Assembly: GCF_006345805.1 (NCBI RefSeq)
Contig: NC_043006.1
Coordinates: 88,660,001-88,724,000, forward strand
Length of the DNA stretch: 64,000 nucleotides
DNA from: Octopus sinensis
Lineage: Eukaryota
Reading direction: 5' to 3'
Shown piece by piece: positions 23,868 to 36,424 of this stretch. Both the position numbers and the translations under genes were made by a program. The notes under the pieces are model-generated. The model made no database searches. It was not told the DNA's origin and saw nothing but the letters and a program-made list of their open reading frames with translations. Within the stretch, counting starts at the first letter, position 1, and each line of letters opens with the position of its first letter.

Positions 23868-25158
23868 ATCGCAGTACCACAGAACTATACCACACCGCAG
23901 TATCTAGCCACAAATATATCACTCAATATTAATATACCAATCCGGAGAACTATACCAATACACGGTACCTTGAGACAGATATACAACTCCAAAGTACAAT
24001 TTTGATCCATATTATATTGTGATGTCTGTGGTATTCTACTGTATCTAGATGCATCTAGTTAAGTCTGATGACTGAGAGTTAACTGCCTCGGTCATTGGTC
24101 AATGCGCTGCTAAAGAGAAGATACGAAACTTGGATCTCTCGTCTTACCGCTACTGTATCGATTTAGCCTCACGCTCTTCCAATATCTCAGCCTCGAAGGT
24201 TCGTATGTAAGCATTGGGTACTGTCCCTGCTGATCAGTCTGATGAATAAAAATAATGAAATCTTAATGATCTCCAGTTTATTTATGATAAAATTTCGCAA
24301 GTTGTATCGCTTGATCTCCAGAACTGTGATTGAAGACAAGAGAAATAAAACAGAAAGAAAACTAAAAAGACTATTGTTGATAATAGTTGAATTATGTATG
24401 TCTTCCCCCAAACTGTCATAAATCAACAGATCCCATTTATTTGGAATCTGCGTGAAGTTTCCATTAAGAAACCCTTTAACAAGAATAGGTTCGCCAGAAA
24501 ATTTATTTGGTGATATGTTAGTTGATTAAATTTCTGTTCAGCGTTTATGTGAACTGTAACAATCTAAAAATGATCTCGACACATTGAACTGGATATAGTT
24601 ACCTGACGTCATAACATAATCCACCATTTTCTTTTCTTTTTAGCTGTATCGATTTTCGAGACAAGAAATTTCATTGTAGATAAAAAAAAAAGCTTTAATT
24701 CTGTTAGAATTAAAAGTACTGAGTTGAAATTTAGTTAAAAGGTAACATACGTATATGCATAAATACAGATGAGAAAGTTGGTCAGACAATTCATTGACCA
24801 ACAAAATACAGTGTGACTAGTGACATCAACTATCGTTTTCTTCCATTTGTGTCCTCTTCAGTTTCCTTCTATTCTTTTATTTATCGGTGTCTCTCCATCA
24901 TTTATTCATTTATTCATTATTTATATATTTTCTCAACATCTGGTTTCTTTGCAGATTTTGATTGGACAAGTCTTATGTATAACACTTTCTATTATTTTCT
25001 CAGAGAAATTCAACGTCTGAGATCGCATATCACCACTTTGTCCAGTTTTTCAACAATCACATTTCTGTATATACACTCACTCACATACAATTACATGTGT
25101 GTGCGTGCTGTATGTGTGTTTGTGTATGTGTGCATGTGTCTCTATGTGTGTGTGTGTG

Positions 25159-25238
<80 letters not shown>

Positions 25239-25252
25239 ATATATATATATAT

Positions 25253-26475
25253 AGTGTAATAAATAAAATATATGCATACATACAAACATATATGTACGTA
25301 CCTACATCTACATGTATATATACATGCATATATAAATATATATACGTGTGTACAGGACACCACAAATAGACGTAGAACTCAACGAGAAACGAAAACGTAA
25401 AAACAGTATGGAACGGACCATTTTTTTAACAACGAAAAAACAGAGTACAAGACAACTACACAAGGAAAAATTCCCTTCATCAGCTGTCCCTAGTTCAACT
25501 CCAGCGTGTTTCGAAGGTGAGTACAGAACACGTCTCGACGAACTAATCCTTCCTGCGAAAGAATTAAATAAAATTCCTTTGCAGAGGGGTAAAAACAAGG
25601 AAAAAAAATTGACAAAATCAGGACGTAAAAGCAATACAATTAAAAACAAATACAAAATAAAAATACAATTACAAAAAATACAGTACAAGAAGGAATAGAA
25701 ACAGGACAGGAAAACAAATAAAGAGGTCCTATAAGCCTAGACGAGGAAAACAATTTTTTCAGGAGCGCAGGAATAAACATGTTTACTTGAATAAGGCCGC
25801 CAGCGAAACGAAGTTCGTAGACCCGGCTGTGAGAGAGATGAGGAGGAGTGAGAGAGAGAGATAGAGAGGAAGGAAGCAAAAGAGGGTTAAAGAAAGAGAG
25901 AAGAAGGAGTTATAGGGTTTCGCGTCATAATTATATATAAAAACCAGCTTAGAGAAGAGGAAGAAACGAAACGAAACCAAACGAATCGAATCGAATCGAC
26001 GCAAAGGCGCCCAGTCATACAATAGTGTAATAAATAAAATATATGCATACATACAAACATATATGTACGTACCTACATCTACATGTATATATACATGCAT
26101 ATATAAATATATATGCGTGTGTACAGGACACCACAAGTAGACGTAGAACTCAACGTGAAACGAAAGCGTAAAAACAGCATGGAACGGACCATTTTTTTAA
26201 CAACGATAAAACAGAGTACAAAACAACTACACAAGGAAAAATCCCCTTCATCAGCTGTCCCTAGTTCAACTCCAGCGTGTTTCGAAGGTAAGGACAGAAC
26301 ACATCTCGACGAAAGAATTAAATAAAATTCCTTTGCAGAGGGGTAAAAACAAGGAAAAAAATGTGACAAAAACAGGAACGTTTCTTCCTCTTCTATAAGC
26401 TGGTTTTTATATATAATTATGACGCGAAACTCTATAACTCCTTCTTCTCTCTTTCTTTAACCCTCTTTTGCTTCC

Positions 26476-26518
<43 letters not shown>

Positions 26519-26780
26519 TCCTCATCTCTCTCACAGCCAGGTCTACGAACTTCGTTTCGCTGGCGGCCTTATTCAAGTAAACATGTTTCTTCCTGCGCTC
26601 GTGAAAATATTTTTTTTCCTCGTCTAGGCTTATAGGTCCTCTTTATCTGTTTTCCTGTCCTGTTTCTATTCCTTCTTGTACTGTATTTTTTGTAATTGTA
26701 TTTTTATTTTGTATTTGTTTTTAATTGTATTGCTTTTATGTCCTGTTTTTGTCACATTTTTTTTCCTTGTTTTTACCCCT
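25253..26780. mobile_element. ORF-less composite with direct (769-bp period) and inverted repeats, PLE-like architecture
   Basis: 25253-25620 is similar to 26022-26377; 26378-26780 is the reverse complement of ~25590-25975; TATATATAAAAA ~25933; donor-like aag|gtgagt (~25517) and aag|gtaagg (~26288). Confidence 0.65.
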
Positions 26781-26949
26781 TCGAATTGTGGAAAGCGCAC
26801 CTGCACCGATGCATTGCTTCAAATGGAGAATACTTTGAAGGCGATGAAAGTGTAAACATGTAAAACAAAGTTAAAATGATATTGCAAAATTACGGTTTCT
26901 TTAGGGTATCCCCTCGTATGTGTGTGTGTGTGTGTGTATGTTTATGTGC

Positions 26950-27135
26950 ACGCGCTTGTCCCCGTACCGCTTGACAACCGATGTCGGTATGCTTACGTCC
27001 CCGTAACTTACCAGTTCGGTGAAAGAAACCGGTAGAATAAGCAGCAGGGTTTTTTTAAAATTAAGTACAGTTTTCGTTTGAGTAAATATACTTCAAGGCG
27101 ATGTCCTAGCAATCTGACTAAAACAAGTAAAAGAA
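26950..27135 (+). mobile_element. 3' half of SINE family B
   Basis: gcttgacaaccgatgtcggt...ccggtagaataagc...ctgactaaaacaagtaaaaga. Confidence 0.6.
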
Positions 27136-27540
27136 ATGAAAGAATATATATATATATATGATGTTTCAATACATATTTACATATTTTCAAAAGTATTAAA
27201 GAAAAGGAAAACTTTCACAAGACAAACAGAAATAGAAAAATTAATAAAACATTGTAAAGATCAGTAAATTGAAAAGCAAACAAGACCAAGTGAAAGTAGA
27301 CACTAATAATTAAAGATAAACTTATTACTAATATTAAAGGAAATACAAATCATTTGTAAGGTTTTATTGAGTAAATTTGAGGATGTAGACAAAATAGTAT
27401 TTTAATAATAAAGAAAATTAAAATAGAAAAAAATAGGTAAAAACAATTATAGTTCTTTCTAATTTTTCGCACAATGCCAGCAATTTTGATGGGATGGAGA
27501 TTGGAGCTACCCCAGAACTTGGCTAATATTTTATTTTATC

Positions 27541-28190
27541 AAGGCGGCGAGCTGGCAGAAACGTTAGCACCCCGGGTGAAATGCGTAGCCGAATTTCGTC
27601 TGCCGTTACATTCTGAGTTCAAATTCCGCCAAGGTCGATTTTTCCTTTCATCCTTTTGGGGTCGATAAGTACCAGTTACGCACTGGGGTCGATATAATCG
27701 ACTTAATCCGTTTATCTGTCCTTGTTTGTCCCCTCTGTATTTAGCCCCTTGTTGGTAGTAAATAAATTGGTATTTCGTCTGCCGCTACGTTCTGAGTTCA
27801 AATTCCGCCGAGGTCGTCTTTCATCCTTTCGGGGTCGATTAAATAAGTACCAGTTACGCGCTGGGGTCAATACAATCTACTTAATCCGTTTGTCTCTCCT
27901 TGTTTGTCCCCTCTGTGTTTAGCCCCTTGTGGGTACTAAAGAAATAGGTATTTCGTCTGCCTTTATATTCTGAGGTCAAATTCTGCCGAGTTTGATTTTG
28001 CCTTTCGTGGTCGATAAATTAAGTACCAGTTGCGTACTGGGGTCGACCTAATCAACTGACACCCTCCCCAAAAATTTTGGGTCTTCTGCCAAGAGTAAAA
28101 AAGAATATTTTATTTTATTGATCTTGAAAAGATGAAAAGTAAAGTTGACCTCGATGAAATTTGAATACAGGACGTAAAAAAACCCAAAAG
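27541..28190 (+). mobile_element. SINE family C head plus tandem body array
   Basis: Head aaggcggcgagctggcagaaacgttagc at 27541; body units start ~27590, ~27770 and ~27948. Confidence 0.9.
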
Positions 28191-28289
28191 AATTGCGGAT
28201 ATTTATTTTGTTCATAGTGTTATAGTATCTGCCAGATTATCGTTTTCATATTAATAATAATTTTCTCTCCTATATCTACAATTTTTTAC

Positions 28290-28600
28290 AAGAGTTGGGG
28301 GTTTAGTCAATACATCAACTCCAGTGTTCAACTGGCACTTACTTTATCGGCCCGGAGCGGCCGCCTTAAATAATAATGATGATGATGATTTCAAATTTTG
28401 ACACAAGGACATCGATTTCTGGGGAGTGCGTGAGTCGATTACAGCGACCCCAATACACAATTGATATTTATTTTATCGATCCCTAAAGGATGAAAAGCAA
28501 AGTCGACCTCTGCGTAATTTGAACTCAGAACGTGAAGACGGACGAAATACTGCTAAGTATTTTGCCCGTTGTGCTAATGTTTCTACCAGCTCACCGCCTT
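28290..28600 (-). mobile_element. SINE family C copies
   Basis: catcgacccc..., aaggatgaaaagcaaagtcgacctc...ccagctcaccgcctt. Confidence 0.7.
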
Positions 28601-28616
28601 AATAATAATAATAATA

Positions 28617-29420
28617 AGCAACTTAGAAGACCAGGAAGCATCATGGAAGTGGCTTAACAAGGGTGACCAAAAGAAACAAGACTGAATGCCTAATCATTGC
28701 TGTCCAGGATCAGGCATTGAATACCAACTCAGTGAAAAGGGATATATACCACACAATTGCACATACCACTGCAGAATGTGTGGGAAGAAGGTCGAAAGCG
28801 TGACATATTTTTAGTGCTTGTGAAAGTCTTGTTCAGAAGGAGTACAAGACACGATAATGTAGCCCCAAACCTTCACTGGATACTATGCCTAAAGAATGGA
28901 TTTGAGGTTACGGGTGCCTCGTGCCAACATACACACGAAAAAGTAATGGACGAAAAGTGGTAAGCAAAAATTATCTGGTTCTTTGACTCCCAGATAGACA
29001 AAGTACCGAAGGCCAGATATAGTAAACTTTAAGAGGGACAGACAAGAGTGCCTAATAATCGACGTGGCAGTGCCAGGAAATCAAGATATTATCATGAAAG
29101 AAAAAGGAAAGACTGATAAATTTGATAACTTGAGAATCGAGATTGCTAAGATGTGACAGCTACGAGAGTCAAACATAAAGGTTATCCTTGTTGTCATCGA
29201 AGCATTGTGTTTAATACCACCCAACCTGAAGAAACATCTGGAAACTTTAGAAATGCCCTACAATTTAGGTGTATTGCAAAAATCAGCATTACTTGGAACT
29301 GCAGGCATATTGAGTAAAGTACTGTCTGACTCAGGCCCTTGTTGTGACTTGACAAACAGTACAAACCCCTGGTAGATGCAATATCTTCAGTCAACAACAC
29401 CAAGATAATGGATCCTGTGC
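28617..29420 (+). mobile_element. 5'-truncated Dong/R4-like LINE 3' end (CCHC plus REL), decayed
   Basis: AVQDQALNTN, CRMCG..VESV, RHD.V..NLHW.LC, RPDI, LIIDVAVP, LQKSALLGTA; preceded by (AAT)n; same family as 34855-35610. Confidence 0.8.
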
Positions 29421-30104
29421 GACGTCTTAATGAAGAAGAAGTAGAAGAAGAAGAAGAAGAAGAAGAAGAAAAAGAAGAAGAAGAAGAAGAAGAGAAGAAG
29501 AAGAAGAAGAAGAAGAAGAAGAAGAAGAACAACAACAACAACAACAACGGCCATTTATATATAGGTTTGTGACAAGTGTTAGATGGCTCACGATTTAACA
29601 AAAGGCCCGAAACGAAGGAATCAATATTAGGTTAAATATCTTATGTGTAAAGAATGATTGATTATATGCCAGCTAAGTCAACATTAATGCATACAGGAAT
29701 AAATATAGAGGCATATGGTTTTTACATTGATATATGTTCATATACATACACCTACGCGTATATACATATGTGCATGCGTGTGTGTGTGTGTGTGTGTTTA
29801 TGTGCGTTTGGTAGAACTTTGTAAATAGAAGTCTATACACGAGTATATTTACTTTAATATCATTATTGACAGAAGCTACAAAGGGTCTGAAGATGCGAAA
29901 GTTTCGGGCATGACGCAGATAAGTATCATGTGCGAGAATTTTAGCTGCTGAGTCACATCGAAAATTTTGCCACTCTTTGAAGCTACGACGAAGCTATGAG
30001 TACGTTCGGTCATATAGCAAAAATAACTGCTATAATACATAATGTTTTGGTCCCTTTGCATTTATATATGCCCTTATTATGCTCTGTACTTGACTAACTC
30101 TTTT

Positions 30105-30274
30105 CTCCGCATATTCTCAAAGTACATTGACATAAACCTCCTGCGTTCAACACGTCTACATACGTACACAATCACACAAACATATATACGTACAAGCATA
30201 TACACACATATAAACATATATATGTGTTTGTACGTACTGACACGTACACACATATCCACACAGACGCACACATG

Positions 30275-30315
<41 letters not shown>

Positions 30316-30755
30316 ACGCAAGCTCATCCTCATATACACGTGACAAAATACCTGTTATGGTTTTGGGACCCCAAGATCACGGCTAGAATCCCCATTTTTA
30401 CTATGTTCTGGCACAAGCTTTCCCATGTCTTAACTTCCATTAATTCTTTATTTTCTACTTTTTTATATATATTTTTTTCATTTTTTCCTTTTTCCTTTTT
30501 AATTGAGTGAATGTGTGTGTGTGCGAGTATATGCATATGTATGTATATATTTTATATGTATATGTGTTCGCGTGCATATATATATGTATATGTGTTCGCG
30601 TGCAGATATATATGTATATGTGTATATGTATGTATATGAGTGTAAGACTGTCCGCTGTACATATGCGACTTTCATGCACACGTTCCCTTCATTTATACGG
30701 ATATGCATGTTTGTACATTGCGGGCGTAGGTGTGTGATTGGAGAGCGTATATATA

Positions 30756-30786
<31 letters not shown>

Positions 30787-31085
30787 TTGTATGAGGGAGT
30801 GTGAATGCATGTCTATATTACAAATGTCTAAATATATATGTTATTATGCTACGTGTATGCTTGTAAACACCTGTGTATATGAGGATGCGGTTGCATACAC
30901 ATATACATATATTTATATATACATGTGTGCGTGTGTGCGGGGATATGTATGCATGTATGAATACGTACATACACATATATGTTTGTGTGGTGTATATGCA
31001 TGTACGTATACATGTTTGTGTGAATGTGTGCTTATGTAGACGTTGTGAACGCAGAAGGTTTATGTCTATGTATTGTGAGAATATG
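30105..31085. repeat. Diverged long inverted repeat (~240-bp arms)
   Basis: catattctcaaagtacattgacataaacctcctgcgttcaacacgtctacat vs atgtagacgttgtgaacgcagaaggtttatgtctatgtattgtgagaatatg; ctcatcctcatatacac vs gtgtatatgaggatg. Confidence 0.6.
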
Positions 31086-31166
31086 TATCTTTTTCTTTTT
31101 TTTCTTTTTCTACCTATTAGAATAACTTATCTTTTCAACGGTTTTTCATGGCGTCTGTTGCCATTA

Positions 31167-31225
31167 ATAGCCGATGAGAATGCATCTTAGCTCTTCGCTC
31201 CAACATTCGAAATTCCGAGTACTAT
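31167..31225 (+). ncRNA. Type I hammerhead ribozyme (U4C variant copy)
   Basis: ATAG-CCGATGA-GAATG...CATTC-GAAA-TTCCGAGT-A-CTAT: perfect stems I and II, quasi-palindromic stem III, GUA site. Confidence 0.7.
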
Positions 31226-31843
31226 AATGATAACCTTTTTCTGTTTGTTCTGAATTATAACATATATAAACAATCCTCTATTTATCTAATATCGTGGCCT
31301 CACTCTTTTGTTGTTACATTTTATTACATATTTATAGATCATATCAGTTTGATTCAGATTCCTTGGTACTTTGAGTTTCAAGCTTGTGGCTAGTCTTAAG
31401 CCATTGGGGTCTGAATGATGAATTTGATTGAAGTGAGCCAACGTTTACTACTGGACGTTATATACATGTATACCCCCACATCTACCGGCCCTTCCTATTT
31501 CCCCACCATCATCCAAATTATTTCTTGTCCACTATGTGGTGGATTCCCTGCTCACCACGCGATTCATCGCCCGTTCACCATGCGGTATTTTCCAACTAAT
31601 TGTTGTCGCTGAAATACCAACATCAAACTGCTATACCTCGTGACCTTTCTCGACCAATCGCAGGCTAACGTTCTGTAGTGAACATCGACTCTCTTCAATC
31701 GAACTCTCATTCACACCCCAAGTCTAATTACAAGCTTAAAACTCAGAGTACCAAGGAGTATGAACTAAACTGTTTAGATACACGTAATTCCCAATAAATG
31801 TGTTGAGTGCCCTCCCTTTGTTTGTTTGTTCACTCGTATATAT

Positions 31844-31909
<66 letters not shown>

Positions 31910-31941
31910 ATATATATATATATATATATATGTACATACAT

Positions 31942-31988
<47 letters not shown>

Positions 31989-32461
31989 CATATATTTGAG
32001 TGTGTGTGTCCAAGGCAGCATGGACGTTGTTTTACAACAACAGAATATTGCATTATTTTATCTTGAGGTCTCACATATTGACTCGTGGGGCATAAATCAT
32101 TGGTACTTATGTCATTCACAGATGAGGACTGCTAGATCATGTGATTTTGTCAATATATATATATATATATATATGATACACAGTCACATGGACACACACG
32201 CACACACACACACACACGAGCATATACACACATACAGACACATTTATGAATCTCTCCTTTATTCGACCGTGACCATGCTGGGGTGTCGCCTAGAAGATAT
32301 TTTGTTCAACAAATCGACCCCATTACTAGTTTTTTTTTCGATTTGGAACATAGTCTATTGACCCCTATTGCCGAACTACTAGTTTACGGATAGGGAAACA
32401 AATCAACGCAGTTTTTTAAGCATTGGGCGTGGGTGACAAACACAATCCACAGATATATACA

Positions 32462-32735
32462 AGTGGCTGTATGATAAAAAACCCGTTGGATCTATATATT
32501 TGTATATATTTTTGAATTGTATCTTTGGGACTGTGTTTGTTGCCCCACCATCGCCTGACAACAGATGTCCGTGTGTTTACGTGCGCGTAACTTACCTGTT
32601 CGGCAAAAGTTATCGATAGAATAAGTGCTAGTTTTACAAAGCATAAACCCTAGGATCGATTTCTCCGTCTAAAACTCCCGTTTGGGCGGAGGTCCAGCAT
32701 GGCTCTAGTCAAATGACTGAAACAAGTGAAAGAAT
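32462..32735 (+). mobile_element. Degenerate SINE family B
   Basis: gtggctgtatgataaaaa head remnant; tgacaacagatgtccgtgtgtttacgt; ccagcatggctctagtcaaatgactgaaacaagtg tail. Confidence 0.6.
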
Positions 32736-32738
32736 ATG

Positions 32739-32784
<46 letters not shown>

Positions 32785-32840
32785 AGTGTGTGTGTGTGTG
32801 CGTGTGTGTTTCTGTGTATGTATACGTTTGTATATATGCG

Positions 32841-32871
<31 letters not shown>

Positions 32872-32877
32872 AATGGA

Positions 32878-33180
32878 GCACGCAGTCGGTTAGTACGACA
32901 GTCCCTGCTAATGCGATCAACGGAACAGCTGGCTCATAAGATTAACGTGTAAGTGGCTGAGCACTCCACAGGCACGCGTACTCCTTCTTACATATTTCTC
33001 AGGAAGATTTAGCATGACACAGAGTATGACTAGTCTGGCTTCATGAAATACAGGTACTAATCATTTTTGCCAGATGAGTGGACTGGACCACCGTGAAATA
33101 AAGTGTCTTGTTCGAAGGCACAATGCGGTGCTGTGAATTGAATTCGCGACCTACGATAGTTACTAAGCCATGCACCCTCA
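32878..33180 (-). mobile_element. SINE family A, degenerate
   Basis: Reverse complement similar to 1992-2311 (ttactaagccatgcaccctca head; gatcaacggaacagc; gctgagcactccacag). Confidence 0.75.
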
Positions 33181-33269
33181 CCATATATAAACATGCATTA
33201 AAAATACACATGCACATAAATATACATGTACATAACTATATGCATGCATATAAATATACATGTATATAT

Positions 33270-33535
<266 letters not shown>

Positions 33536-33739
33536 GCCTTACTGAAATTTTCCGAGAAAAAATAACCTTGACTTTGAAGTACGCTCTCGAGGAGAGAATA
33601 TTCTCTACCAAAGTAAGTAAAAAGAACACCAGATACGGCATTAAAAGCTGTCAACGAAATTAGTTATGAGGTTTTACAACTGTCTGATGAACCCACATAC
33701 TTTCTTTATGCTCTGGCTACTACTGTAAAACAATACATG

Positions 33740-34385
33740 AATGATATTCAAAAAGTAAACAAAACCGAAATAACAAAAAAAGTACCATCAAGGTTTTGAA
33801 AACAGGGAAAAAGATAACCGGTTTACGGAAGACCATCATTCATGTAATGATGCTTTTTGAACGCAAACAAGCAAATCACTATACGTTCCACCAACAGAAA
33901 GTGAAGGAGATAAAAATGATGTTTGGAGACAGCAAATAGCGAACACTCACTTGCAAACTGATTACCCTCAATCAGGAGCTAAAAGCTGTCAGTGAAAAAC
34001 TCAAACATCAGAAGAGAATAACCGAAAGAAGAACAAGAAACATGTTAAGGAAGTCTGAAGTATATCTCACTGGTTCACAAAGAAACAGAAATATCAAAAT
34101 TACATGCTGTTTCTTCGTGGATGACTGTTTCACCTGTATCTGACGAGCAATGATACAGGTATATAGGAGTGGATGAGAATATATCTTACAATGGTAACTG
34201 TAACAAAACGCGTGTCACTAAAGAATACTACAGGCGATTAAAGAAATTTTGAACCTCGGAACGCACTGCATTCATTAAAACAGTGGTCCACGATGTGTTT
34301 GCAGTGCCAGTACTTATACCAACATTTGAGCTGTTTGATTGGACGGTTCATGGGATCCGAACCATTGATGTGAAAATCCGATACA
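33740..34385 (+). mobile_element. Internally deleted Dong/R4-like LINE RT remnant
   Basis: YRYIGVDE, KEYYRR, VFAVPVLIPTF..FDWT..IRTIDVK.R motifs. Confidence 0.55.
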
Positions 34386-34616
34386 TTAATAGATGATTCG
34401 ACTACAATCAGATATTGAGAAGCATCTCGTACTACAAAGTATAGTCCAACCTTAAATAATTTGAAACGAAGTTAAGTGGAATTTTAGATTAATTCTTATA
34501 GTTTTACAGTAACGTTCAATTTAATTGATATAGATATTGTTATAACTCTTTATATTATTGTCCACATACATGCATATGTAACATAACTCAATAAATTCTC
34601 ACAAACATCCACATTA

Positions 34617-34659
<43 letters not shown>

Positions 34660-34663
<4 letters not shown>

Positions 34664-34765
34664 TAGTTTTATTTTTATAGCGTGCTTTCACTTCACTACA
34701 GAGCGCAGCTCTGTGTGCCTTAAGGTATGTGCTGTGATTTGTTGTGATGCTCTGATAGTTGTTGT
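34660..34765 (-). mobile_element. Isolated LINE 3' UTR in (TTA)n
   Basis: cagtagttttatttt...cgcagctctgtgtgcc..gtatgtgctgtgatttgttgtgatgctctg closely matches 44970-45065 and 45923-46020. Confidence 0.65.
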
Positions 34766-34775
34766 TTGAAAAGTG

Positions 34776-34818
<43 letters not shown>

Positions 34819-34854
34819 TATTATTATTATTATTATTGTTACTATAGATGTCAC

Positions 34855-35610
34855 ATAGCATACAATATCGTGAGGTTGGTGATTGAAGATACTGTGTCTA
34901 CCGGGAGTTTGTTCTACTTGTCAAGTCACAACAAATACCTCAGACAGACAGTACTTTACGCACTTTACGTGCTGTTCCAAGTAATGCCGACTTTTTCAAT
35001 GCACCTAGATTGAAAGGTATTTTTAAAGTTTCCAGATTTTAGGGATAACTTTTATGTTTGACTTTCGTAGCTGCCAGATGTTAGCGATATCAATTCTCAA
35101 GTCTCCATATTTATCAACCTTTTCTTTCTTTCATGATATGTTGATCTTTTGGCACTGCCACGTTAATTATTAGGCACTGTTGTTTCTCCCTCCTAAACCT
35201 TGATATATCCGGCCGTCGGTGCTCTAATACCTTGTCTGTCTGGGAGTCAAAATCCCAGAGGATTTTTGCCTTCTCCTTTTTGTCCATTGCCGTTTCCGGT
35301 CTATGTTGGTACCAAGCACCTGTTACCTCATATCCACACCTACAGCATAGTAGCCAGTGGAGGTTTTGGACTACCTTGTCATGTCTACGCTTGTACTCTT
35401 TCTGCGCAAGACTTTCACAGGCACTAACAATGTGAGTCACGCTTTCGATCCTCTTCCCACACGTTCTGTAGAGGTCCGTTCCACTTGTGTGGTATATCTC
35501 CTTTTTCACTGAGTTGGTGTTCAATGCCTGGTCCTGGGCAGCGATGATTAGGTTTTGAGTAATCTTTTTCAGGTCACACTTGTTAAGCCATCTTCATGAT
35601 ATTTCCTGGT
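34855..35610 (-). mobile_element. 5'-truncated Dong/R4-like LINE 3' end
   Basis: ORF 35114-35524: RTCGKRIESVTHIVSACE..KRRHDKV..NLHWLLC, ILWDFD.QTD, RRPDI, LIINVAVP. Confidence 0.85.
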
Positions 35611-35763
35611 CTTTAATTTGTTGGTTTCACAGTGTAACTGACCATGTAATTCCATACGGAGTAGGGTTTCTTCTACTTCGTTGGCTATTCTTGGTTGGAA
35701 TTCATGAGCACTCTCAAGTCCATTTTTGTTAAATCTTTCTGCATTAGCAGCATACTGTAGCAG

Positions 35764-35824
<61 letters not shown>

Positions 35825-36424
35825 CATCATCATCATCGTTATTATTATTATTGTTGTTGTTGTTATCATTATTTGTTTCTAAAGAGAGGATGCTTGTAGC
35901 TCGTAAGTTTTCCTTGAAATTTGCTGCTTTACTATTTGGTATTCGAATAAGCTAGCTTGCTTTGCTTACTGTGAGCATGATTGGCGAAGTTTGAGATTCA
36001 AAATTTAAAATCTAATAAAAATAATATTATGACTTCCAAATCATGAGAAACGATGCCTTCCAAATCGTGGAAATGATTGCTGTCGGAACAACCATTAAGC
36101 CATTATTTCCCCACTACTAATTGATATGATCGACATAAAAATCACAGTCAAAAAGAACAGCAGCAATAATAGCAACCGCAACAGAAGCAGCAGCAGCAGT
36201 AGTGACGAGCAGGATAGAAATTAAAATTCCACAAGCACGACCTCCACTACCGCCGCTAACACCAGCACCACCACTATCACCACTAACACCGCAATCAGCA
36301 ACGCAAGCAAGTAATACAATGAAAACAGCTAACGTTCTTATTTCTAAACAAAATTGGAACGACATCTCCGGCGCTTCCTTCACGGTAAGCAGGAGCGGTT
36401 GCCATTTGTTAAACTCTAATTAGT

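Noticed and set aside
24060-24100. CTGATGA followed by a GACTGAG/CTCGGTC hairpin
   Set aside because: The hairpin overlaps the core and is followed by ATTGG, not GAAA
24645-24740. Coding exon with a strong acceptor and aag|gtaaca donor
   Set aside because: Stop codons in all three frames
25465-25520. Minus-strand GAAA...CTGATGA as a type II hammerhead
   Set aside because: Stems I and III do not form, and the stem II pairing uses core nucleotides G8/A9
29884-29920. CTGAAGA-TGC...GCAT-GACGC motif
   Set aside because: No GAAA after the stem and no stem I or III
33680-33705. CTGATGAACCCAC
   Set aside because: No closing stem II strand or GAAA downstream
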